A stretch of 64,000 nucleotides of DNA from Eledone cirrhosa (Eukaryota), in the NCBI GenBank assembly GCA_964016885.1, contig OZ024744.1, forward strand, positions 53,754,001 through 53,818,000. Reading direction: 5' to 3'. The notes beneath the pieces are model-generated. The model searched no databases. It saw nothing but the letters and a program-made list of their open reading frames with translations, and was not told where the DNA came from. Below, in pieces: positions 1-11,370 of the stretch. Positions within the stretch are counted from its first letter, which is position 1, and each line of letters begins with the position of its first letter. The translations under genes were made by a program, and so were the position numbers.

Positions 1-251
1 CGCCATTTTGCGGAGAATATTATTAATAAACTGATTTCTTTTTCCCCTCTAAGTGTGAGAACAGGAGTTTAGTTACTAGATCTTGTACTTATTTTCGCTT
101 TATATTGCTGTAATTTATTTTATTTTTTTCCCTTATTTAACAATTAATCGACATTTTCGTTGTTTTATTTTATTTTATTGTAAATTACTCTTTTCCATTG
201 TCATATTCTTTAACATAACGGAAATTCGAATACAGTCTTTTTGCTTTGCCC

Positions 252-332
<81 letters not shown>

Positions 333-371
333 ATATTAAATAAATGGAAACTATATTTATAAATCCATATT

Positions 372-434
372 TATTCTATTATATATATATTTCAAGGGTA
401 CCAAAATTTTGGTGCGTTTTCATCAGATAAAATA
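372..434 (-). ncRNA. Type I hammerhead ribozyme fold (same family as 62655-62719)
   Basis: Minus strand: tattttat CTGATGA [imperfect stem II aaacgcaccaaaattttggtaccctt] GAAA tatatata TA atagaata; 8-bp stem I. Confidence 0.65.
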
Positions 435-849
435 CAAAGATAAATACTCCAGAAAAACTTGTCGAGTGCTCTGAATCAGTTACAGACATTTATATTTGTT
501 GAATTACCAACAAAATATCCCTTTTGCTTATATATATATATATATATATATATATCTTTCTCTCTCCCAATCAGCCTCTCTCCCTCCCTTTCCCTTTCTC
601 TGTTTACACACTCTTTCTCTCTTCATTCCTCTCCCTATTTCTCTCTGTTTTCTTTCATCCCACTCCCTCCTCCTCTCTGTCACCCCATCTCTCTTTCTCT
701 TCATTTTGTCAGTTACATAATCAGAAACCTTACAATGTCTTCTTCACCTCCACAAGGTTTAATCTTCCACGTGCTCCACAACATGACTTTCTCTATCCAT
801 TCGATTCGTTAGATATAGGCATGCACGCATACTTACGTATTTACCTAAT

Positions 850-978
<129 letters not shown>

Positions 979-1581
979 CGTTGAGTGCTAGAAGTGAATT
1001 GCATCCTTGCATACCGAATATATATATATATATAAGTTTATCGTTAAAAAAGTGCGACCTATACGCGAGTATATACGATATGTAAAAGGTAAACACAAGT
1101 AGCAACACGGTTGATGCGGTGTGTGTAGGGACTATATTGGATTAACGCTTGGAATAGCAGGAAGAGGGTTTTAGCGTCTCGGACGCTAGTCCTTCATCAG
1201 AGGAAGGAATGAGAAATAAGATAGAATGAAGGGACGGGCGGGGTGGAATTGGAAAAAATGTCTTTAGATAAAAATAACAGGTCCATTCATGTTGACATCT
1301 CTTGGAAAACTTGATGCTGGCGTTTTGTGTATGATTTATTTTTTTAGAAAAGTGGATGATGTTGTATGATGTATATATGTATGTATATGTGTGCATGTAT
1401 ATGTGTGCATGTATATGTACGTGAGCGTGTGTATATGATTTGTGTATGATTTATTTTTTTACAAAAGTGGATGATGTTGTATGTGTGTGTATATGTATAT
1501 GTGTGCATGTATTTGTGAGCATGTATATGTACGTGAGCGCGTGTATATGCGTATGTATGTATATATATATATGTGAGTACA

Positions 1582-1612
<31 letters not shown>

Positions 1613-1798
1613 CATATATATATATGGGTGTGTGCGTGTGTGTATGTGTATATGTGTGTATATGTATGTATGTATAAATATATATATATATATTTGTGTG
1701 TACGTATGTATGTATATCTATGTGTATATATGCGTTGGTGCATACTTATGCACTGGCCTAAATCTTAACTATTATTTACTTTTACTATTTTAATAACA

Positions 1799-2020
1799 GG
1801 GTGGTGGATTGGCAGTATCCTTAGAGGGTCGAACGCCATGCTTTGCAGCATAGAGTTACGGCCCTTTATGATCTGAGTTCAAATCCCGCCAAGGTTAACT
1901 TTGCCTTTCATCCTTACGGGTTAGATAAAATAAAGTACCAGTCACGCACTGGGTGAATTTAATCGACTTTCCTCTCACCAAAAATTGCTGGCCTTGTGCC
2001 TATATAAGAAACCATTATTT
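1799..2020 (+). mobile_element. tRNA-derived SINE, family A
   Basis: A-box-like tggcagtatc, B-box-like gagttcaaatccc, central aactttgcctttcatccttacggg..gataaaataaagtaccagt, tail gctggccttgtgcc; repeated through the window. Confidence 0.85.
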
Positions 2021-2105
2021 TAATAAATTCTGTCATTTCCATGTAACAAATTTATTTACATTATTCTTAAACTCCGGAGCCGAGAATCATCCGGTTATTC
2101 TAAAA

Positions 2106-2222
2106 ATAATTGTTTCTACTTAAGGCACAAGGCCAGCAATCACCCAGTGTATTACTGGTACTTTTTTTATCGACCCCGTAAGGATGAAAGGCAAAGTCAA
2201 CCTCGGCGAGATTTGAACTCAG
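2106..2222 (-). mobile_element. SINE family A, 5'-truncated
   Basis: Reverse complement of the B box, central domain and tail. Confidence 0.8.
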
Positions 2223-2432
2223 AAAATAATATTAGTCTAACGTCTCCTTTTATACCATAAATATGTTTTCGTTTTTGCAAGAAATCGTTCTCTTCGCTCC
2301 ACATAACGACGTAATTATACTCGCCTTTTCCCCATTCATTGCCAGGGAACGTCTTCACGAACCAAAGTATCGTCTTCCTGTTCTCCTTTGGTTGTAACGT
2401 TTTTCGAAATATTTACACAGATTGATTTTTTT

Positions 2433-2484
2433 AGATTCAGAAGATCCCATTAAAGGTGAAAGCAGCGATTCTTGTGCTTAAACT
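2433..2484 (+). ncRNA. Hammerhead fold, U4A core variant (CAGAAGA family)
   Basis: agatt CAGAAGA tcccattaaaggt GAAA gca..tgc TT aaact; diverged copy. Confidence 0.45.
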
Positions 2485-2567
2485 TTAATCTGTTCTTATA
2501 ATGAATGTATATATATATATAGAGAGAGAGAGATTACAGTAATCAAAATTCAGTTTAAGTCATTTAT

Positions 2568-2616
2568 TTGCTTACAATTGTTTCCTCCAAACCGAGGTTT
2601 GGATTCTTCGGAGCAA
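2568..2616 (-). ncRNA. Hammerhead fold, U4C variant (left arm of palindrome)
   Basis: Reverse complement of 3006-3054. Confidence 0.65.
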
Positions 2617-3005
2617 CTATTTATAACATACTTGACCTCCTTTTCAACCCAAGAGACACATAAAACATATGCGCATATTGATCAACAGTGGGGTGACATT
2701 CATCAAATGATATAGCATGGCAATTTACATATAAAGGTTACAGGATAAAAATAAAATAAAATAAAATAAAAACAAGAGTGAAAATAAGAGTGAAAATAAA
2801 GATAAACATGTTTATCTTTATTTTCACTCTTATTTTCACTCTTGTTTTTATTTTATTTTATTTTATTTTATTTTTATCCTGTAACCTTTATATGTAAATT
2901 GCCATGCTATATCATTTGATGAATGTCACCCCACTGTTGATCAATATGCGCATATGTTTTATGTGTCTCTTGGGTTGAAAAGGAGGTCAAGTATGTTATA
3001 AATAG

Positions 3006-3054
3006 TTGCTCCGAAGAATCCAAACCTCGGTTTGGAGGAAACAATTGTAAGCAA
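3006..3054 (+). ncRNA. Hammerhead fold, U4C variant
   Basis: ttgct CCGAAGA a tccaaac ctcg gtttgga g GAAAC aatt GTA agcaa; stems I and II perfect, palindromic stem III ACAATTGT. Confidence 0.7.
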
Positions 3055-3259
3055 ATAAATGACTTAAACTGAATTTTGATTACTGTAATCTCTATATAAC
3101 TGCTCTGTAAAACAACTGATGTTATTACATTGAGCTATTTATCTTACTGGTAATAGGATAGTAATTAATGACTATCTCTCACTACTTAGGGTTTGTGTAT
3201 ATATAATATATTACCATCAAAGGTTTTATTGCATACATAACCATAAATAGTACCCTTAA

Positions 3260-3302
<43 letters not shown>

Positions 3303-3631
3303 CCTTAACGCACCCTCTTCGGATTTTAGTTTTTACATTTATTATTGTTACTATATATATACGGGGTCGATAAAATAAAGTACCACTGGAATAATTGCTG
3401 GCTTTGTGCCAAGTGTAGAAACAATTATTACTAGATATAATATATATATATATATGATTGAATATACAAGAGAGATAAACACAAATATAAACATATATGT
3501 GTTCAAATTGTAAGGGACCAAGTACGCTAGGATGAAAAAAAAATACTAACTATAACAATATGGTTTGCCAGACTCAATTTAAAGTAATAAATCAAGAAAA
3601 AGAACAAACCTATATTGGGCAGCTGCCTGAA

Positions 3632-3707
3632 TCACCGAGACAGCTTTGGTAGCTGTTTCACAAATTATTCAGCGAAGGAATCACCAATTTTTGCTCTTCG
3701 GTGTGTG
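3632..3707 (-). ncRNA. Hammerhead fold, U4C variant, weak stem I
   Basis: Minus: CCGAAGA gcaaa..tttgt GAAA cagct accaa agctg TC; 5-bp stem III, GUC triplet. Confidence 0.5.
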
Positions 3708-3966
3708 TAAAAATTAGTAATCCCTCCACTTCTAAGTATATCTGAAGACTGAATAGTGTGCGAATATGAAATAACGCATATAGCATCAGAACCTAGCATA
3801 TCTAATAAACGTACGCTGCTAAAAATAACAGCCGGGTTTACACGACATTTAAATTAGCTCAACAATATGAGGTATTGAGTTAGAAACTCAAAATAGTCTC
3901 TTACAATTAATAGCTCAAAGAAAGAAGTTTTTCTGAGCCGTATTGTAAGAGACTATTTTGAGTTTC

Positions 3967-6900
3967 ATCATCATCATCATCATCATCACCGTTTTACGTC
4001 CGTTCCTCCATGCTAGCATGGGTTAGACGGGTTGTCCTGTTGTATGCAGTGTCTGGTCAGCTGACCATGCCTTGCTCATACAGGAACTGATTTTGGCTTG
4101 ATTTCTACAGCTGGATGCCCTTCCTAACACCAACCTCATTTACAGTGAGTGCTGGGTGCTTTTTCCGTGGCGCCTACATGTTCACTTTACAGTGTGGGCT
4201 GGGTGCTTTTTTGCCGTGGCATCTCCACGACCACCTTGCAGTGGGAGGGTGTGGGAGCATATCGTCTATATCCTTCAGCTTGTACCCATGGGAGGTCGGG
4301 TACTCTGTATTATTGCGTGACGCCAGAGGTCACGGTCGTGTGTCATCGCCTTTGAGAGGTGTAATTGCGTAAGGTCGGCTTTTATCTCCTCATCCCAGTC
4401 TTCTTGGGTCTCCCCACTCCGCGGTTTCCATTGACTTCTAGTGCTCTGCACCTTTTTATGCAGCTGTCATTCTTCATACGCATCAGATGTCCATACCAAC
4501 GCAACCACCTATCCTGCACACAACATTTGATTCCTCTTATGCTCAGTCTCTCTCTCAAATCATTTATGCTTTGTCGTTCGCGTATATTACTATTACACAT
4601 CCATCGGAGTATGCAGGCTTCGTTTCTTTCTAATCTACGTAAGTCTTCCACCTTCAGCGCCCAGGTCTCACTACCATGTAACATTGCTATTCGGATACAC
4701 GCATCATACAGTCTGCCTTTCATTTTGAGGGACAAGCCTTTTGCAGCTAGCAGTGGCAGTAGTTCCCTGAACTTCTTCCATCTTGTTCTTACCCTAGTTA
4801 TTGTACTTTCTGAACACCCACCTCCGCTGCTAATTCGGTCACCTAGGTAGCATAAGCTGTCTACTGTTTCTACAGAGCCCCCCCCCCCCCCGAGATTGGT
4901 GGTACTTGTTTCCTGTGGCTGTTTGCTGCTTGCTGTCCCAGCACAGCTGCTGCATGTGAAGCCTACATTCTTAATTAAGCTTCCTGAGATCCCGCTACAT
5001 CTCTTGTGTACCCATTGTTTGCATTTGGGGCAGAGAATGGAGTTCCTACCTACACCTTTCGTACATACTGAGCAAGGCCATTTCCCTGAGGGGATCTGGG
5101 TTCTGTTTTCTCGTCTACTTACAAAAACCTTAGTCTTTGTCATGTTGACTTTGAGACCGTTTCTTTCTAGTTTGGAATTTCTTCTCTAGTTCTACAATAG
5201 ATTCAGCTATAAGTGCGAGGTCATCAGCATACAGGAGTTCCCATGGGCATCCGGTCTTAAACTCCTCCATTATTGCCTGCAGGACTCTGATGAACAGGAG
5301 AGGGCTAAAAACAGAGCCCTGGTGGACACCAACCTGTACGCTAAATTCCTCGCTATACTCATTGCTAATCCTAACTTTGCTGACTGCTCCCCTATACATG
5401 GCTTGTACTTGTACAGCTTTCACAAGCCATTCATCTACTCCTAGTTTTCTAAGAGCCACCAGATTACAGCATGTGGAACTCTGTCAAAGGCTTTCTCGAG
5501 ATCGACGAATGCCAGGTAGAGTGGCTTACTTTTAGCTAGGTACTCCTGAACTGCCTCACAAGGAAGAGGACATCAGTGGTGCCTCTTCCTGGTACAAACC
5601 CAAATTGCATCTCATCTAGTTTCACCCGGTCCCTAATCAACTGCGCTATAACTCTTTCTATTACTTTCATGACCTGGTCCATCAGCTTTATACCTCTATA
5701 GTTTCCTCTATCTAGTGCATCACCTTTACCTTTGTAGCAGTTGACAATGATGCTACTGCACCAATCTTTTGGTATGACACCTTCTAGTATTACCTGGTTA
5801 ACAATACGTGTGGTTATAGTGTGAGCTACAGACCCAGATGCCTTCAGCATCTCGGCAGCTATACCCGATGGACCGGTTGCCTTCCCCATCTTCATATCTT
5901 TGATTGCCTTACTTACTACGCTGCTGCTGACTTGTACTGCTGGCCCCTCTATAGGGTCTACTTGGGATAGGGTCTCTTCTTCTCATGCATTCTCCTCATT
6001 TAGTAATCTATCATAATGTCTCTTCCATGCATCTTTCTTCTCGGCACTTGTGAGAGCAAGCTCACATTTATCATTCCGGATACACTTCTCTCCAATGTCA
6101 TCACAATTCTCTCTGACACACTGCCTCGCAATCTTGAACACCTCCTGTTTCTGGTCCTCACGTTGCAAAACGTGCTTGAATTTTCTATCCTCTCCTTCCC
6201 TCCTAGCTAAGTATACTTGTCGCCTAGCTTCCCTCTTGGTCTCTATGTAATGTACCCTGGTCCCCCCCCCCCGTTCTTCCATGCCTGTCTCTTGACCTTA
6301 ACTACCCCATCTACCTTATTGTTCCACCACCAAGTCACTCTCCTCCTGCTTGTGGTCTTACTCCAGCCACAGTCCTCATCCGTCGCCTCTAGTAAGTTAT
6401 TTTTTAGGAACTCCCAGTGCTCTTCTACATTGAATGTATCTATCTGTTCTTCTTTACTGTCGTAGGCGTTGAGTAAAATATCTTTAAATCTGTTACTGGC
6501 TGAGCGGTCTTTCAGCTTCCAGATTTTTCTTCTCCTGGTTGGCCTCTGTTTCCAGCTTCGTCTAGTTCTGACCGTGAGGTCGCTGACAACTAAGCTATGT
6601 TGGGAAGTACATTCCTCACTAGGGTAGGCTTTTGTGTTTACGACCGTCCACCTCTCACGTCCTCTGATGAGGATAAAATCTATCTGACTAGAATGCCCCC
6701 TGATCTATAGGTGATCAGGTGGTTGTCGGGTTTTTTGAAGTTTGTGTTACATATCGCCATGTCATTGGCGTCGCAGAATTCTAGAAGTCTGAATCCTTCT
6801 TCATTTCTTGTGCCAACCCCGTGGCCTCCATGGACCCTATTGAAGCCGTCACAGTGTTTACCTACGTGTCCGTTAAAATCTCCTGCGATGGTTAGGAAGT

Positions 6901-7144
6901 CATTGTCGTTTGTTAGAGCAGTAGTGTGCATTAGGGACTCGTAAAATCTATCCTTAAGTTCGTCAGGCAACACCAATTGGGGTGCGTAAGGTGATATTAT
7001 TGTGGTAATTGTTTTATTCAGGACTAGTCTGAGTTTAATGATTCTTGCATTTACCCTGTACACTGAGATTACTTTATCTAACCACTTGTCAGCTAGTAGT
7101 ATACCTACACCTCCCATCCCATCGTCATTTCCCACCCAGACAAA
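3967..7144 (-). mobile_element. RTE-clade LINE, 5'-truncated and frameshifted (APE + RT + PHD-like finger)
   Basis: ORFs 6680-7135 (YAPQ, GDFNGHVG), 5536-5895 (NYRGI, QFGFVPGRGTTD), 5130-5459 (GVHQGS, LLYADD), 4382-5143 (LHGSETW, LRWYGH); (GAT)n 3' tail at 3967-3988. Confidence 0.95.
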
Positions 7145-7242
7145 TTTCTAACTCAATATCTGATATATATATACAGTTGAAAATTGCAAACTTGACTGTC
7201 ACCACATATTGCAATTTTTAACTGACAATATTCAACTGAATA

Positions 7243-7281
7243 TGAACCTGAAGATTGCGAAAGCATGAAAGTACTTGTTCA
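7243..7281 (+). ncRNA. Minimal type I hammerhead ribozyme
   Basis: tgaac CTGAAGA t tgc gaaa gca t GAAA g ta c TT gttca; intact core, palindromic stem III AAGTACTT. Confidence 0.75.
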
Positions 7282-7431
7282 ATTAACACTTAGAATTTAA
7301 TATTCTATCATACTATTTCATTATAATACAATTATAAATTTTAAAGGATTGTAAATAAAACGAGTAAATCAGACAAAGTTGGAATTCCTCTTATTAATAT
7401 AATCTTCTATACACAATCATACACACCCGTG

Positions 7432-7467
<36 letters not shown>

Positions 7468-7477
7468 TATATATATA

Positions 7478-7590
7478 TTAAAATAACAGATTAAAGTTTA
7501 AGCAAAGAATTGCTGTTTCGCTCTTTTCAGAAGATCCCGTTGAGGGTGAAAGTAGCGATTCTTTGCTTAAACTTTAATCTGTTATTTTAA
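7478..7590. repeat. Short foldback with about 32-bp inverted arms; contains CAGAAGA-family hammerhead fold (7523-7573, +)
   Basis: ttaaaataacagattaaagtttaagcaaagaa ... ttctttgcttaaactttaatctgttattttaa. Confidence 0.85.
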
Positions 7591-7693
7591 TAAATGTTTG
7601 CTCCACGCTTTTTATATATATTTATATATATATATTATCCTTATCGAGCCCTCTTCGGATTTATACTTCACCTTTATTATTATTACTATACAC

Positions 7694-7884
7694 AGTGGAT
7701 TGGCAGTATCAGTAGAGGGTCGGACGCCATGCTTTGCAGCCCATTTACGTCCCTTTACGGACTGAGTTCAAATCCCGCCTAGGTTAACTTTGCCTTTCAT
7801 CCTTAAGGGGTCGATAAAATAAAGTACCAGTAATACACTGGGATAATTGCTGGCCTTGTGCCAAAAGTATAAACAATTATTATT
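7694..7884 (+). mobile_element. SINE family A
   Basis: Matches 1799-2020. Confidence 0.85.
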
Positions 7885-7893
7885 ACCACACAT

Positions 7894-7927
<34 letters not shown>

Positions 7928-8178
7928 GTATATAAAGAATTAGTATATCTACCAACATATATATATACAGATGTATACCTATGCAAGCAAATATATAGGT
8001 TTTGTCTTAGTAACTTTGTGGTTCAATGCAAGGGGATGCAGAATTTGCCACCGAACAAGAAGGCAGTGATTTTTTCAGTGTCTTGGAATTTAATCCCCGC
8101 TTGCTCTTTTCCATCCACTGAATATTTTTATATAAGTTCCCTGTGTCCGCGCATCACCAGGTATCTTAGCCAAGAATG

Positions 8179-8261
8179 ACTCCCTGATGACGAAAAGGTT
8201 TCTCCGTGGTTTCCATTTGGAGACTATGTATATTCCCTTTCAGAAACTAATTAGTTGGAGT
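8179..8261 (+). ncRNA. Type I hammerhead ribozyme with extended stem II
   Basis: actcc CTGATGA cgaaaagg..(tctcc/ggaga)..ccctttca GAAAC taatta GTT ggagt. Confidence 0.75.
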
Positions 8262-8488
8262 GAAATTTAAGTAAGTAAGCTAATTACTACAATTTTCTTA
8301 TTTTACGTTTTTCATATATATATATATATAGTAATAATAGTAAATGTGAAGACTAAAATCCGAAGAGGGTTCGATAAGGTATGTGTAAGTGTATGTGTGT
8401 GTCTGTGTATGTCTGTGTCTGTGTGTGAACTTACCTATTACGCTATTATAACATATATAGATTAATAAGTGTGTATGTCAAACCCTTT

Positions 8489-8673
8489 CTCTATCTAGTG
8501 CATCACCTTTACCTTTGTAGCAGTTGACAATGATGCTACTGCACCAATCTTTTGGTATGACACCTTCTAGTATTACCTGGTTAACAATGCGTGTGGTTAT
8601 AGTGTGAGCTACAGACCCAGATGCCTTCAGCATCTCGGCAGCTATACCCGATGGACCGGTTGCCTTCCCCATC
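8489..8673 (-). mobile_element. Internal fragment of the same RTE family
   Basis: Near-identical to 5706-5890 (MGKATGPSGIAAEMLK..YKGKGDALDR). Confidence 0.9.
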
Positions 8674-9399
8674 CTTTTCTCCATCCCTTTCTCCTCCGTC
8701 CTTCGTCTATAATCTGTGGGATTTGAACTCAGAACATAATGCCACATGGCATTTTGTCCAACGTTCTAACTATTTTACACATTCGCTATACCTTAAAGTT
8801 TTCTAATTTAGACACACACCAACAATTTTGTTGGGAAAGGTTTAGTTAATTAAATTTTCTCCCGTAGTTTGTAGAATAGAATTGCTACAGGTACTGCAAC
8901 TAAGATGAAAACGAAAGCGAAGCCCAATCTCTGTGGGTGTCTTTTTTGTAACATGATTTTCCGCAGCCCATTTCCTTTATCATGCTACAGTCCTGAGTGA
9001 ACCACAGAACAAAGTTCAGTGACTGGTATCTAGAATGCTGTCAGCTGCTCACGGCACTTTTCCAACGCGATAGTCAACCAGAAAATAACAGTTGAGTTCT
9101 ATGGAATATTCGAGGAAGATATGAGTTGTGATGGTCTGGGAACCACTATGGTCTTTAATGGAGACAGCCTGAACAGGCTCATCTGGAGGACTTTTAGGTC
9201 GGAGCTTATGAACAATTTTCAATAATCCTTGGCCAGCCAGTGCTACAGAGACATTAAATATTCGAAGGAAGTTCTACAGATACAGAAGTGTCAACACACG
9301 CACTGCAAGCTATCACCCAGTGCCTGATTAGATGTGTGAAAACGGCTGGACGAATCTATTCTAACTATGCTTTTCAAAATAGGAAGAAGGAAATCAGGA

Positions 9400-10070
9400 G
9401 AGGGTATTTCCAATGTAATTTACTGGAAGAACGCACATCCATCTTCACCTCACCTTCTTTTTCAAGTGAAACCTGAATAGTCGATGAGTGGTTGGTTAAG
9501 GAGGAATATGTTGATCTTCATGATGAACTCAATCGATAACAGTATTCATCCTATACGTGACAACAAGTTTCTTTCAACATAATTCCACAAAGCAGTAATG
9601 AGTGGATATTGAGCGAGAACACGCATAATAGTTTCGTTGTTCCTGGCTCATCACGTTCAGGTCCGTCTGACCACTTCCATAGCCATAGAGTTTGTCTCTA
9701 ACCGGCAATGCACCCATTTAGCACTGGTCAGAGATTTCTGGAAATTATCCTAAGTCACTGGGCCAAAAGTCCTCATGAACAGACTAACCAATTTGTTCTT
9801 GTTGAAACCTTGAATACTTCGCCACTGCTGATCCTCTATAGATTGCTAATGTGGAACCTCCACCGATCGCATTGTTAGATTGGTAGAGGGCTGTGAGCGT
9901 CTAACAGTATTTGTGGCGCCAGGTGACCTACCTTGGGCCTTTCTTCACCCACTAATTTAGCTTCGACTGTAAAATGAACTGCGGAAAAGCGTGTCTAACA
10001 AAATGTGGCCATATTTGCTCACCATCTGGTTGGAAGGATGAGAGCCGCTAACAACATTTCTGATTCTCTC
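9400..10070 (-). mobile_element. Old, diverged Tx1/L1 ORF2 3' relic
   Basis: Minus strand resembles 22570-22800 (gataatttccagaaatc, ccggttagagacaaactcta = DNFQK, PVRDKL); plus strand resembles 24750-24815. Confidence 0.65.
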
Positions 10071-10528
10071 AGAGTCTATTCGTGACACACCTCTCATCTT
10101 AACGTCAGTTCTGTTGTAAAGTTATTTTATACAGTGAAATTGGTTTCTTTTTTTGTATAAGTGTTGTAGTAGTTGTTTTAGTATTTACTTTTAATTTTTC
10201 TATATTTTTAAATTTATTTTTTTAATGTAGATAGGATGTTGATGGTGGTAGTGATTATAATTATGATGATGATGATGATAACGACGATGATAACGAACAA
10301 TATGATGATGATAATGTTGATAATGTTGATAATGATGATGATGATGAGGGGAGGAGTTGGACCTCCAAGGGAAGGGGATGGGAACCTAATGGAGACATTG
10401 GGACAGAAAGTTTGATGAAGAATGAAGAATTCGTTTCAGGATGTGATGGCAGATGCAGGAGAGCTGCCGCCATAAGTTGGTTAAATGTTTTATGTATAAA
10501 ACACGTTCTACATGTGGGTGGTAAAAAT

Positions 10529-10727
10529 GAAGAAGAAGAAGAAGAAGAAGAAGAAGAAGAAGAAGAAGAAGAAGAAGAAGAAGAAGAAGAAGAAGAAGAA
10601 GAAGAAGAAGAAGAAGAAGAAGAAGAAGAAGAAGAAGAAGAAGAAGAAGAAGAAGAAGAAGAAGAAGAAGAAGAAGAAGAAGAAGAAGAAGAAGAAGAAG
10701 AAGAAGAAGAAGAAGAAGAAGAAGAAA
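10529..10727. repeat. (GAA)n microsatellite
   Basis: About 200-bp perfect run. Confidence 0.98.
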
Positions 10728-11172
10728 GAAAGAAGCAAGCAAAGAAAGAAAGAGAGAAAGAAAGAGAGAAAGAAAGAAGGAAAGAAAAAAGAAAGAAAGA
10801 AAAAGAAAATAAAGGACAAATGGCATCTCTGTCTCTAATTGAACGTTGATGGATGCTTTTTTTTTTTATTCATTTTTTGTCTGAAAAGACTTGAAGGTTC
10901 CATTTAAATGTTGCATTTGTTGAGTGTAAATATCTGAATTGACAGTCAGTATAATATTATGCATTGGACATACAAAATGAATCGTTTCTCCCAACAATGT
11001 CCAACCACCTTCCCAAATGTAAAGGCGGGTCGGAGATTAAGCGGGTTGGTGGGGTGATGATGGTGCGTAACTTATTTGAGTCATGACTTTAGAGCAAGGA
11101 ATTTCTTTTTAAATGCACCACCGCAATCATTATCTGTTTTTTCCTCTTATTGTTGTTTTTGTTGTTGTTACT

Positions 11173-11370
<198 letters not shown>

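Larger units (their letters stand above)
2529..3093. repeat. About 565-bp spacerless palindrome
   Basis: Centre CATG at 2807-2810; arms are reverse complements apart from one extra TTTTA unit. Confidence 0.95.

Noticed and set aside
1171-1200. Minus-strand CTGATGA a ggac tagc gtcc GAGAC
   Set aside because: Probably an HHR relic, but GAAA is mutated and stems I and III cannot be formed; not counted.
1799-1890. tRNA gene (also 57491-57570)
   Set aside because: A and B boxes are present but there is no cloverleaf, and the sequence continues into a SINE body.
5287-5293. CTGATGA matches inside coding relics (also 6664, 52203)
   Set aside because: No stem II/GAAA/stem III context.
7640-7665. 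CCGAAGA-gggctc-GATA motif (also about 3308-3325, 8352-8380)
   Set aside because: HHR-like start, but GAUA replaces GAAA and stems I and III are not convincing.
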